Counted from the first letter of the stretch, positions 9,265-18,451 are shown. The stretch is DNA of 32,000 nt from Alkanindiges illinoisensis DSM 15370 (GCF_000619845.1 NZ_JHUX01000003.1:700064-732063); one strand, 5' to 3'. Numbers and translations are program-made. Notes: a model not told the origin generated them from the sequence alone.

Positions 9265-9783
9265 TTACCAGCGGTATTTATTCCAGTTTTCCGGATTAGC
9301 CCAGTATTTGGAGTTCAGCCAGTCTGGCACCTGCTTATAGGACAAAATATTAAACTGCCAGATTACTAAATCTTGCGAGAGTTGCTCAATCTGACTAAAA
9401 CCCAGTGCGTGCAGTGTTGCACCAAAATCCGGACTCGCCAGCACCAGTACACGACGCGCCAGCAGGTCACGCAGACGGGTAATACCTTGCACCAGTAACT
9501 GCTGGTTTTTACTGCCAGCGATGCTATCTGGCTGATTTATGGGCAGCGCAGGGTTGTTTGCAGCTAAATTGCCTTCATAATAACTGTGATAAAGGGCAAT
9601 GACCGCGAGATCATAGCGCTGGGTAAATGCCAGCGTTGCCAGTTCATGTAATGCAATGGATTGCCATGTGCCGGGCCAGTGTGGAGTGGTCTTGTGTTTA
9701 CCCACCAGTAATCCCTGGGCAATAGGTTTTTCCTGTGCCAGACGATCAATTAACGGCAAAATATCGATTGGCCAGTCAGTCAC
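9265..9783 (-). CDS. Hypothetical protein (172 aa) with a Trp-rich C-terminus
   Basis: GTG start with an AAGGA SD 6 nt upstream. There are no stops over 519 nt. The C-terminus is ...QVPDWLNSKYWANPENWNKYRW. I cannot name the family with confidence. Confidence 0.55.
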   Translation of the reverse strand: MTDWPIDILPLIDRLAQEKPIAQGLLVGKHKTTPHWPGTWQSIALHELATLAFTQRYDLAVIALYHSYYEGNLAANNPALPINQPDSIAGSKNQQLLVQGITRLRDLLARRVLVLASPDFGATLHALGFSQIEQLSQDLVIWQFNILSYKQVPDWLNSKYWANPENWNKYRW

Positions 9784-9821
9784 GGCTTATCCTTAACTAA
9801 AATCAACAGAAGTGTTTATCA

Positions 9822-10673
9822 ATGGAATATCAGGGTATTTGCCATAAAATGCGGGCCAAGCTGGGTCAGGCATTACCAACCAGCACTGGCGCCATGGCAG
9901 CAGCGGTTGAGTATAATCTGGTTTTAAACCCATTTGAATCGCCCTTTACGCAACTGGTAGGTAATTCGGTGGAGTTGCAATGGACTGGTAAAATTAATTG
10001 CGTGTCCTGTGGCGCGAAAACCAGCAAGTCGTTTGCACAGGGGCATTGCTATAAATGCTTTAGCACCAAAGCGTCCTGTGATATGTGCATGATGAAGCCT
10101 GAAACCTGTCATCATCATTTAGGCACTTGCCGTGAGCCAGACTGGGCAGAAAAAGTCTGTTTTAACGCGCATATTGTGTATCTGGCCAATTCCAGTGGAT
10201 TAAAGGTTGGGATTACCCGGCATAACCAGATGCCAACCCGCTGGCTGGATCAGGGCGCAACGCAGGCCATTCCTATTTTTCAGACCCAGAGTCGTTTTTT
10301 ATCTGGGGTGGTGGAAGTATTACTGGCGCAGCATATGTCGGATAAAACTGACTGGCGCAAACTGCTTAAAGGTGAGGCTGAACCATTAAATCTGCTGCAG
10401 ATTCGTGACGATATTTTTAACCGTTATGAAATGGATTTGCAAAAACTCCAGCATGCTTATCCTGAACAGGTCGCGTTATTGCAGGATGAGGTGGTTCGTG
10501 AGTTTATTTATCCGGTAGAAAAATATCCGGTGAAGGTAAGCACGCATAATTTTGACAAGACGCCACTGATCAAGGGACGGCTAAACGGTATTAAGGGGCA
10601 ATACCTGCTGCTGGATACCGGGGTGCTAAACATTCGCAAGTTTAGTGGTTATGAACTGGTAGTGCGTTTTTAG
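9822..10673 (+). CDS. DUF2797 domain protein (zinc-ribbon-containing)
   Basis: The Cys cluster CVSCGAKTSKSFAQGHCYKC...CDMCMMKPETCHHHLGTC followed by VYLANSSGLKVGITR...RWLDQGA matches the DUF2797 family as I remember it. Confidence 0.8.
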   Translation: MEYQGICHKMRAKLGQALPTSTGAMAAAVEYNLVLNPFESPFTQLVGNSVELQWTGKINCVSCGAKTSKSFAQGHCYKCFSTKASCDMCMMKPETCHHHLGTCREPDWAEKVCFNAHIVYLANSSGLKVGITRHNQMPTRWLDQGATQAIPIFQTQSRFLSGVVEVLLAQHMSDKTDWRKLLKGEAEPLNLLQIRDDIFNRYEMDLQKLQHAYPEQVALLQDEVVREFIYPVEKYPVKVSTHNFDKTPLIKGRLNGIKGQYLLLDTGVLNIRKFSGYELVVRF

Positions 10674-10731
10674 TCCATTAAAAGGCTTGCTACCTCTGCC
10701 AAAACAACCAAAAATTTGTGCTGTATTTTTG

Positions 10732-10740
10732 TGCTATAGT
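10732..10740 (+). promoter_or_regulatory. Candidate extended -10 promoter element (TGcTATAGT) for the 10847-11868 gene pair
   Basis: TGCTATAGT matches the TGnTATAAT consensus in 8 of 9 positions, about 105 nt upstream of the small ORF. No good -35 is present, which extended -10 promoters tolerate. Confidence 0.3.
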
Positions 10741-10846
10741 AAGTCTGCTGGATGTGTTGAAAGTGCTCAATAACCTAGTTCTGGTTTATGTTTAATGGCA
10801 AGCTAGATGAGTTTATAAGATCAGTTAAGAAGTGGAGAGTACCTGA

Positions 10847-11077
10847 ATGAGTCAGATCACTGAAAAAGAGCTGCGTCATCTTGAAGAGGAAATCCCGCAA
10901 CATGCCCGCGAAGCATTGAAAAAAGCCCAGCAGGCTGCATTGGCGCGTGGTAGCCGTGTAATGATTGCACGGCAAGGTCAGCTGGTAGAAATTGATGCGC
11001 ATGGTCATGAGTCATTGATCAAGGAAATTGAACAGCCGCTACAGTTTACCATTGGGCAAAAATTTAGCCGTGCCTGA
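10847..11077 (+). CDS. Small protein (76 aa), candidate antitoxin/partner of the downstream zeta-like kinase
   Basis: A GGAG SD lies about 9 nt upstream. The stop is 8 nt before the next start. The N-terminal half is helical and charged, and the C-terminal half looks beta-like. I recognise no family. Confidence 0.55.
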   Translation: MSQITEKELRHLEEEIPQHAREALKKAQQAALARGSRVMIARQGQLVEIDAHGHESLIKEIEQPLQFTIGQKFSRA

Positions 11078-11085
11078 ATAAGTAC

Positions 11086-11868
11086 ATGAACGACATGATT
11101 CCGCGATTGCGTATGTTTGCCGGCCCAAATGGTTCAGGCAAAAGTACCGTGATCAAGGAAGTCCTGCACCCAAAACTGTTAGGCATTTATTTAAATGCTG
11201 ACGACATCGAAAAACAAATCAGGCAAAACCCTATTTTTGAACTGGCAGATTATCCGTTTGACATACAGGCCAGTGCATTGATTGCCCATTTTACTCAGTC
11301 TGATTTTCTGGCCAGTGCCGGACTGACCGCAGTGATTCCTCTGATTAAAGTTAGTCATCACACCGCACTTGATTTTAGCCAGATTCAGTTTAATTCTTAT
11401 TTTGCCTCAGTACTGGTGGAATTTCTGCGCCTGCAATGCCTTAAGCATCAGGTGTCTTTTACCTTTGAAACCGTCATGTCGTCCAAAGACAAGGTGCGTT
11501 TTCTGGCACAGGCGCAAGCGCTGGGTTATCGCATCTATCTGTATTTTGTGGCGACGGCTGACCCAGAAATTAATATTTCGCGCGTTAATTATCGCGTCCA
11601 AACTGGTGGTCATCCAGTGCCGGAAGATAAAATTCGTTCCCGTTATTATAAAACCCTGCATCACCTGATAGATGCTATCAACTACAGTAACCGCGCCTAT
11701 ATTTTTGATAACTCGGCGGTTTTTGACAGGCTTGCGGTGCTTGATAAAACTGGCCTGGTGGAACAGCACAGCTTTATTGCTGAAATTACCGAGGGTAAGG
11801 AGCTGGAAATAAAATCAGCCCAAGTTCCAGGTTGGTTTAAAACCTATGTGCTGGACCGCTTTATTTAG
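11086..11868 (+). CDS. Zeta-toxin/COG4185-like P-loop NTPase/kinase (260 aa)
   Basis: Walker A FAGPNGSGKST (aa 11-21), NADDI, FTFETVMS, YLYFVATADPEINISRVNYRVQTGGHPVPEDKIRSRY and IFDNS. This ordered motif series is what I associate with the Zeta_toxin / 'predicted ABC-type ATPase' (COG4185) family. Confidence 0.8.
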   Translation: MNDMIPRLRMFAGPNGSGKSTVIKEVLHPKLLGIYLNADDIEKQIRQNPIFELADYPFDIQASALIAHFTQSDFLASAGLTAVIPLIKVSHHTALDFSQIQFNSYFASVLVEFLRLQCLKHQVSFTFETVMSSKDKVRFLAQAQALGYRIYLYFVATADPEINISRVNYRVQTGGHPVPEDKIRSRYYKTLHHLIDAINYSNRAYIFDNSAVFDRLAVLDKTGLVEQHSFIAEITEGKELEIKSAQVPGWFKTYVLDRFI

Positions 11869-11898
11869 CTTTTTTTACCTTGAAAATATTTTTGGTTA

Positions 11899-12699
11899 TT
11901 AATCCTGAGGCATTTTTTCAAAAGCGTAGGCATGAGTGCGGTAGGGCACGCGAATGATTGCTTCTTTGTCGTCCAGTTTAATATCTGGGAAAAGCAGGAT
12001 TTTTAGTTCATCCAGAAAATGATGCTGCTGGTTTTCATCAAGCTGTGCAATAAAGCTGGTAGAAAGCGCCCGGTTAATGATCACATCCTGAACGCTGCCC
12101 TGATGCTCATGATGAAAAATGGTCTGGTCTTTCAGGCTAAAAATAGAATCTTCCAGCACTTTTTTCCATTCACCGGATTGATGGCGCGGCGTGTCATTTT
12201 CATAGGTATTAATCAGTTGCACCATGCGCGCAACCCAGTCCACTGAATCATCGCGGCTATTCCAGATGAGTCCCAGCTTGCCGTTGGGCTTAAGCACGCG
12301 TGCAATTTCATCAAGTGATTGTTGGTTGGCAAACCAGTGAAAGGATTGGGCACAAATCACGGCATCAATACTGTGGTCCTCAAATGGAAGACTGGCTGCG
12401 GAAGCCTGATGGGCATTGACCTGTGGAAACTGCTGGCGCAATTGTTCCAGCATGGCAGAGGAAGGTTCTACGGCATGAACCTGAGAGGTCAATGTTAAAA
12501 GCTGGGGTAAAAATTTACCCGTACCTGCCCCCAAATCAATAACAGTGCTATTGCCATCAATGCCCATAGAATCGGCCAGCCATGCCTGTGTTTGTGCTGG
12601 ATAGTCAGGGCGGCCCTGGCGATAAACCGGTGCGCCTGTTTCAAAGCCTGATGCTGCGGTGGGATGCACAGGAGACAAAGAGTCGCTAGAAGTTGTCAT
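11899..12699 (-). CDS. Class I SAM-dependent methyltransferase (small-molecule type, Methyltransf_11/25-like)
   Basis: Motif I VIDLGAGTGKF, an acidic post-I residue (VHAVEPS), and LKPNGKLGLIW. No DNA-methyltransferase motifs (DPPY/NPPY or PCQ) were seen. Confidence 0.85.
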   Translation of the reverse strand: MTTSSDSLSPVHPTAASGFETGAPVYRQGRPDYPAQTQAWLADSMGIDGNSTVIDLGAGTGKFLPQLLTLTSQVHAVEPSSAMLEQLRQQFPQVNAHQASAASLPFEDHSIDAVICAQSFHWFANQQSLDEIARVLKPNGKLGLIWNSRDDSVDWVARMVQLINTYENDTPRHQSGEWKKVLEDSIFSLKDQTIFHHEHQGSVQDVIINRALSTSFIAQLDENQQHHFLDELKILLFPDIKLDDKEAIIRVPYRTHAYAFEKMPQD

Positions 12700-13085
12700 G
12701 ACCGAAGCCCAGCCTTAAATTGAATTAACAGTGATTATTTACTCTATAAAGATAAGGCATTTAGCAATTCTCACCATAGGGGTTTTGCAAAACCACGTAT
12801 GCTTATGTAATTTGTGGATAGTGCAGCGGTTATTGTACAAAGAATAAGCGAATTCTGCTCATAATTAGGTGCGGTTTTGAGTAACTTAAAACACGTAGAT
12901 GTTATTGAAAACAGGCAACCTAAAGGCGTATGTTCATAATTTGGGCTAAAGAACAGCGGCCTTGATTGTATTCACAAAACTTAACTCCAAGTATCGGTTT
13001 ATACCCTCTACAAATAAAGCCAGTGGCGCTATATTTTTCTTCCATGCTTTTTCCCATTGGTAAAATGCCGAATAAGGATTTTTAA

Positions 13086-15719
13086 ATGAATATTGCCGTT
13101 AATCCCGAGTTAAACGAAGCTACACATCCAGTAGTTTACTTAAAAGATTACACCCCACCAAATTTTCAGGTCAGCAGTATTGATTTAACCATTCAGGTGT
13201 TTGATGACGAAACGCTGGTTCAAAGCAAGCTGGTGATGCAGCGCGAACATGAGGGTGATCTTGTATTGTATGGTCGTGATCTTGAGCTTATCAGTATTCG
13301 TTTAAATGATACTGATTTAGGCGAGCAGGATTATGAACTGGGTAAAGAAAAACTTAAAATTACAAATGCACCGGATCAGGTTGAGCTGGCGATTCAGGTA
13401 AGGATTCATCCTGAAAAAAATACACAACTGGAAGGCTTATATAAGGCAGGCAATCTATTTGTAACCCAGAATGAACCAGAAGGCTTCCGCAAGATTACCT
13501 TTTTCCCTGATCGTCCTGACATTTTAACAGTGTTTACCACCCGCATTGAAGCCGATAAGAAATATCCAACTTTGCTGGCCAATGGCAATCTGGTGGAAAA
13601 AGGTGAGCTAAGCGACAACCGTCATTTTGCCATCTGGCATGATCCTACCAAAAAGCCAAGCTATCTGTTTGCAGCAGTGATTGGTGATCTGGCGGTTTTA
13701 AAAGACAGCTTTACCACCATGGAAGGGCGTCATGTTTCACTGGAAATTTATGCGTTAGCACAGGATTTACCCAAGTGTCACGTGGCCATGCAGGCGCTTA
13801 AGGATTCCATGAAATGGGATGAGGATGTCTATGGCCGCGCCTATGATCTGGATAACTATATGATTGTGGCGGTAAGCCAGTTTAATATGGGTGCCATGGA
13901 AAACAAGGGCCTTAATATTTTTAATACGGTGTGTGTGCTGGCTGATCCGGAAATCACTTCTGACCCAGCCATGTTTTATGTGAAATCTACTATTGCGCAT
14001 GAATATTTTCATAACTGGACTGGCAACCGGATTACCTGCCGTGACTGGTTCCAGTTATGTTTAAAAGAAGGCTTTACCGTATTTCGTGACCAGAGTTTTT
14101 CAGAAACCCTGCAATCTCCAGCCGTGCAGCGCATTGATGATGTGTCCAGCCTGAAATCAGTACAGTTTGCAGAAGACGCCGGGCCGTTATCCCATCCGCC
14201 GCGCCCTGATCATTTTGTGGAAATTAATAATTTCTATACGGCTACGGTCTATGACAAAGGTGCCGAAATTGCCCGCATGATGGCCAATCTGCTGGGGCCA
14301 GAAAAGTTCCGTCAGGGCACTGATGAATATTTCCGCCGCCACGATGGTGAGGCAGTCACTGTGGAAGATCTGGTCAATAGCTTAAGTGATGGCTCAGGTG
14401 TGGATCTGCGCAATTTCCTGCCGTGGTATAGCCAGCCGGGCACGCCTTGTGTCAAGGGCAGTGGCAGTTACGATGCCGATGCTAAAACCTATACTTTAAC
14501 CCTGAGTCAGCGTACAGCAAAACGTCATAACTATCCGGAACCGCAGCCATTGCCAATTCCTGTGGGCGTTGCACTGTTTGATAAGGAAACTGGCGAGCAG
14601 CTGACCTTAAACAGTACCGTGCTTAAACAAAGTGAAGTGGCCGAAAACAACGTTAAAGATGGCATATTTGTGCTGGATCAGGCAGAGCAGACTGTTGTGT
14701 TTGAGCAGGTGAATGCAGAACCTGTGGTGTCACTGTTGCGTAATTTTTCTGCACCAGTGCTGCTGGATTTTTCTTATAGTGATGAAGATCTGGCATTCTT
14801 GCTGGAACATGAAACCAATGGCTTTAACCAGTGGCAAGCAGCCCAAATGCTGCTGGAACGGATTTTATTGCAGGATCATGATCCCGCTGTTTACTTAAAT
14901 GCCATTGCCAAAGCGCTACCGCAAGTGGCTAAAGCCGATGCGCTACTGGCGACCCGTTTACTGGATATTCCTTCAGAGAATTATCTGGCTAGCCGCATTG
15001 ATCAGGATTATGATCCGGTTGACGTGCATAAAAAGCGTGATGCTATTCTAAAAGCATTGGCAGATAGATTAAAAGACTATTGGACCGAGGCTTATCAATC
15101 ACTGCCTATTGTAGCGTTTAAAGACAATAGTGTGGAAATGGGCAAGCGTGCCTATCGCAATATGGTACTGGGTTTTGCCATTCGTGCTGGTGTTGAAGGT
15201 GCGCTGGACTGGGCAAGCGAGCAGTATGACAATGCGGTGTGCATGACCGAGCGTCTGGGCGCATTACGCCATCTGGTATGGCATAAGGCAAACAACGCAC
15301 AGGATAAGCTTGATGATTTCTACAAGCGCTTTAAACATGAAGACCTGGCACTGGATCAATGGTTTGCCGTGCAGGCTGGTAACCCGGAAGGTAGTGTGCA
15401 AGTAGCACGCGAGCTGATGCAGCATCAGGACTTTGACTGGGGCACACCAAACCGTATTCGTTCAGTCACAGGTAATTTTTCAGGTAATCCTGTGTTGGTC
15501 TGGACCACTGAAGGCATGAAGTTTTATACCGAAATTGCCAAACGGCTGGATCAGCAAAATCCAGTGCTGGGTTCGCGGATTTTACAGTTCCTGAGCCGCT
15601 GGTATACCTTAAAGGAACCCTTACGCAGCGAAGCTAAAGATATCCTGCAAGGGCTTAAAGGTGAGGTGAACTCAACCAGTGTTTGTGAAACCTTAAATAA
15701 TGTGCTTAAGGCAGGTTAG
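13086..15719 (+). CDS. pepN: Aminopeptidase N (M1 family)
   Basis: GAMEN exopeptidase motif, HEYFHNWTGNR(18)E zinc site, the length (877 aa), and an AAGGA SD. Confidence 0.95.
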   Translation: MNIAVNPELNEATHPVVYLKDYTPPNFQVSSIDLTIQVFDDETLVQSKLVMQREHEGDLVLYGRDLELISIRLNDTDLGEQDYELGKEKLKITNAPDQVELAIQVRIHPEKNTQLEGLYKAGNLFVTQNEPEGFRKITFFPDRPDILTVFTTRIEADKKYPTLLANGNLVEKGELSDNRHFAIWHDPTKKPSYLFAAVIGDLAVLKDSFTTMEGRHVSLEIYALAQDLPKCHVAMQALKDSMKWDEDVYGRAYDLDNYMIVAVSQFNMGAMENKGLNIFNTVCVLADPEITSDPAMFYVKSTIAHEYFHNWTGNRITCRDWFQLCLKEGFTVFRDQSFSETLQSPAVQRIDDVSSLKSVQFAEDAGPLSHPPRPDHFVEINNFYTATVYDKGAEIARMMANLLGPEKFRQGTDEYFRRHDGEAVTVEDLVNSLSDGSGVDLRNFLPWYSQPGTPCVKGSGSYDADAKTYTLTLSQRTAKRHNYPEPQPLPIPVGVALFDKETGEQLTLNSTVLKQSEVAENNVKDGIFVLDQAEQTVVFEQVNAEPVVSLLRNFSAPVLLDFSYSDEDLAFLLEHETNGFNQWQAAQMLLERILLQDHDPAVYLNAIAKALPQVAKADALLATRLLDIPSENYLASRIDQDYDPVDVHKKRDAILKALADRLKDYWTEAYQSLPIVAFKDNSVEMGKRAYRNMVLGFAIRAGVEGALDWASEQYDNAVCMTERLGALRHLVWHKANNAQDKLDDFYKRFKHEDLALDQWFAVQAGNPEGSVQVARELMQHQDFDWGTPNRIRSVTGNFSGNPVLVWTTEGMKFYTEIAKRLDQQNPVLGSRILQFLSRWYTLKEPLRSEAKDILQGLKGEVNSTSVCETLNNVLKAG

Positions 15720-15756
15720 GGTTTTGATTTAAATAACCTGAGTGCTAAATTTATTA

Positions 15757-15787
15757 AAAGCTTATGTTTCGGCATAAGCTTTTTTTA
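15757..15787 (+). terminator. Rho-independent terminator of pepN
   Basis: AAGCTTATG-TTTCGG-CATAAGCTT: a perfect 9-bp stem followed by a T-run. Confidence 0.8.
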
Positions 15788-15884
15788 TACAGCAACTTTT
15801 CATATTACTACAAGAATTCAACGACATCGGGAATGGTGTCCAGTTTATCTTCAAAGGCATAAATTAAAGAATTGAAGATTATTT

Positions 15885-17102
15885 ATGTCGAGTAATAGCC
15901 ATAGCCAGCAGGACTATGAGGTTGAAATTGAGAAAACATCACATGCCTGGCTAAAAGCAATGCGTCCCCGGCAACCGTCCGAACAAAATCGCGGGGCAAC
16001 GCCTTTAGAGCTACTTTTTGATTTGGTGTTTATTGTTGCGATTTCCATTGCAAGTACCCAATTGCACCATGGCTTGAGCGAGAAACATTTTTCAGAGGTT
16101 CTACCGCTGTACCTGATGGTGTTTTTTACCATCTGGTGGGCATGGATGAATTTTACCTGGTTTGCCTCGGCCTATGACAATGATGACATTGCCTACCGAC
16201 TGGTCACCTTTATGCAAATTATTGGTTCACTGGTGCTGGCTGCCGGGGTGAATCAGGTATTCACCGAGCATGATTTTTCAGTGTGTGTACTGGGCTACCT
16301 GATCATGCGTTTTGGACTGGTGATTCAGTGGTTGCGTGCAGGTTTTTCCGATCCCAAACACCGCAAAACGGCCTTTCGCTACGCCAAGGGTATTGTGCTG
16401 GTACAAATTGGCTGGATTATTTATCAGTTAAAACTGGTCACGTTTACCCAGCTTGAGTTTGTGGTGCTGGCTTTTATGGAGCTGTGTGTACCGATCTGGG
16501 CTGAGAAAGCCAGTCCCACCACATGGCACGCTGAGCATATTGCTGAACGTTATGGCCTGTTAACTATTATTGTATTGGGTGAAACCATTATGGCTTCGTT
16601 TACCGCCATTCACACAGCCATTGCTGATCCAAAAATCAATGTAGACAAACCGCTGATTTGCCTAATGATTGGTGGCATGATCATGATGTTTAGCATCTGG
16701 TGGAGCTATTTTGACCGTGAGGCTCCTGAGGTACTGACTAGCTCAAAAAAAGCATTTTACTGGGGCTATGGCCATTTTTTTATTTTCTTAAGTATTGCAG
16801 CGATTGGGGCGGGTCTTGCCGTCGGCGTTGATGTAATTACAGGCCATGCCAAAATCAGCAACCAGCAGGCTGAATACGCAATTGCTATTCCGTTAAGTAT
16901 TTATAGTCTGGTGGTGTGGTTAATTCACGACCTGCAAACAGATCATGGCTGGCGCAAACTCTGGCATCCCTTGACGGTTTTACTGATTTTACTATTTCCC
17001 TTATGGGGAAATATTGGCTATGCCACGCTGGCCATTGGGATTTTTTATGCGTTATGCATTCTGTTTCGGCAGATATTCTTGGTGGAAAAACAATCTAGCT
17101 AA
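15885..17102 (+). CDS. ltrA: Low-temperature-requirement protein A (LtrA) family membrane protein
   Basis: ATPLELLFDLVFIVAIS near the N-terminus and about 10 hydrophobic segments with W-rich loops (WWAWMNFTWF), typical of the LtrA family. Confidence 0.8.
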   Translation: MSSNSHSQQDYEVEIEKTSHAWLKAMRPRQPSEQNRGATPLELLFDLVFIVAISIASTQLHHGLSEKHFSEVLPLYLMVFFTIWWAWMNFTWFASAYDNDDIAYRLVTFMQIIGSLVLAAGVNQVFTEHDFSVCVLGYLIMRFGLVIQWLRAGFSDPKHRKTAFRYAKGIVLVQIGWIIYQLKLVTFTQLEFVVLAFMELCVPIWAEKASPTTWHAEHIAERYGLLTIIVLGETIMASFTAIHTAIADPKINVDKPLICLMIGGMIMMFSIWWSYFDREAPEVLTSSKKAFYWGYGHFFIFLSIAAIGAGLAVGVDVITGHAKISNQQAEYAIAIPLSIYSLVVWLIHDLQTDHGWRKLWHPLTVLLILLFPLWGNIGYATLAIGIFYALCILFRQIFLVEKQSS

Positions 17103-17140
17103 ACACATTTTATCTACCAGAGATGATCCAAAGCTGGCTG

Positions 17141-17231
17141 ATTAAAAGCAGATGAATTAAAAGCAGTCTAGTTAAGAGCAGTTTCATCCAAACCAATCTA
17201 GTTAAGAAGCTGCCTGACCGTTAAAAGCCCT
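17141..17231. repeat. Degenerate 15-bp-period tandem repeat (TTAARAGCAG core) in a convergent intergenic region
   Basis: ATTAAAAGCAG occurs at 17141 and 17156. TTAAGAGCAG is at 17172, TTAAGAAGC at 17202 and TTAAAAGC at 17221. The first four are in 15-bp register. TCTAGTTAAGA repeats at 17167 and 17197. Confidence 0.5.
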
Positions 17232-17263
17232 ATATTATTTTTTCAATAAACTTGATGAATCCT

Positions 17264-18451
17264 TTAACGCTTGCCTGTATTTAAGATTAACAGGCTTACA
17301 ATACCAGCCACCAAACCCCAGAACGCCGAACCAATGCCTGCCAGTGATAAGCCAGATGCCGTGACCAAAAAGGTAATCAGGGCTGCTTCACGCTCACGGT
17401 CTATAGCCAGTGCGTTGGACAAACTCGAAGCAATAGTGCCAAACAAGGCCAGACCAGCAATTGCTGCTATCAGCGCTTTTGGAAAAGCCAAAAACAATGT
17501 TGCCACAGTAGCGCCAAATAGCCCAATCAGCAGATAAAACAGGCCGGCAGATACTGCAGCCACATAGCGTCTGGCTGGATTGGCATGGGCTTCTGGGCCT
17601 AAGGAAATGGCAGCGCTAATGGCGGCCAGATTAATGGCAAATGCCCCAAATGGTGCCAGCAGGGTAGTGGTAGCCCCTGTCCAGCCTACCACTGATGAGG
17701 TGGGTGAGCGGTAGCCAGCAGCCTGAATCATGGCAATGCCGGGCAGGTTTTGTGACGCCATGGTCACCACAAACAGAGGCAGCGCCAGACTAATGATGGA
17801 CTGCACTGACCATTGTGGTGAAATCCAGACAGGCAAGGTTAGTTGTAGTGAAACCTGAGTACTGTGCAGCTCACCCTGCATCAGGCTAATCACAATGCCA
17901 ACCAGCAGCGCCAGCAAAATGGCATAGCGTGGCAGTAGGCGCTTGGCCAGTAAATAGACCAGCAGCATGGATAAAACTAGTGTGGGATTACTTTGCAGTG
18001 CTGTAAATACATTTAAGCCAAATTGTAGCAAAATACCCGCAAGCATGGCAGCCGCAAGGCTCACCGGAATGTGTTTTAAGACACGTTCAAACCAGCCGGA
18101 AAATCCTGCAATGGCAATTAGTACACCTGCCAGCAAAAATGCCCCAACTGCCTGATGAATGTTAAAGCCATTTGCCCCGGCAATTAGGATAGCTGCCCCC
18201 GGCGTAGACCATGCGGTTGCTACCGGAATCTTATAATACAAAGACAGCAACATACCGGACAAACCAATGCCAATCCCCAGTGCCCATAGCCAAGAACCCG
18301 TTTGTGCTGGTGTGGCGTTAAAGCTCTGGGCTGCCTGAAACACTAGCACGGCGGAACTGGTAAAACCAACCAACACAGTAACAAACCCGGCCACCAGCGC
18401 AGAGATGGAAGAATCTTTTAATAAGGATTTAAGCAGGAGAAAAGGTGGCAT
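17264..18451 (-). CDS. benE: BenE-family (benzoate/H+ symporter-like) transporter
   Basis: ISALVAGFVTVLVGFTSSAVLVFQAA and 11-12 hydrophobic segments match BenE/YdcO. I place the start at Met29 of the listed ORF (ATG at 18451) by length comparison with YdcO. The longer ORF would overlap the divergent RDD gene. No start candidate has a clear SD. Confidence 0.8.
   Translation of the reverse strand: MPPFLLLKSLLKDSSISALVAGFVTVLVGFTSSAVLVFQAAQSFNATPAQTGSWLWALGIGIGLSGMLLSLYYKIPVATAWSTPGAAILIAGANGFNIHQAVGAFLLAGVLIAIAGFSGWFERVLKHIPVSLAAAMLAGILLQFGLNVFTALQSNPTLVLSMLLVYLLAKRLLPRYAILLALLVGIVISLMQGELHSTQVSLQLTLPVWISPQWSVQSIISLALPLFVVTMASQNLPGIAMIQAAGYRSPTSSVVGWTGATTTLLAPFGAFAINLAAISAAISLGPEAHANPARRYVAAVSAGLFYLLIGLFGATVATLFLAFPKALIAAIAGLALFGTIASSLSNALAIDREREAALITFLVTASGLSLAGIGSAFWGLVAGIVSLLILNTGKR

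Noticed and set aside
11369-11769. ORFs 11369-11668 (+) and 11407-11769 (-) inside the zeta-like kinase gene.
   Set aside because: They are alternative-frame or antisense shadows of a frame that carries a full ordered motif set, and neither has motifs of its own.
11899-12699. Possibility that the methyltransferase next to the zeta-like pair is a DNA methyltransferase forming a restriction or defence cluster.
   Set aside because: It has only the class I small-molecule MTase motifs (Methyltransf_11-like). It lacks a DPPY/NPPY or PCQ catalytic motif and a target-recognition domain. It is also convergently oriented to the pair.
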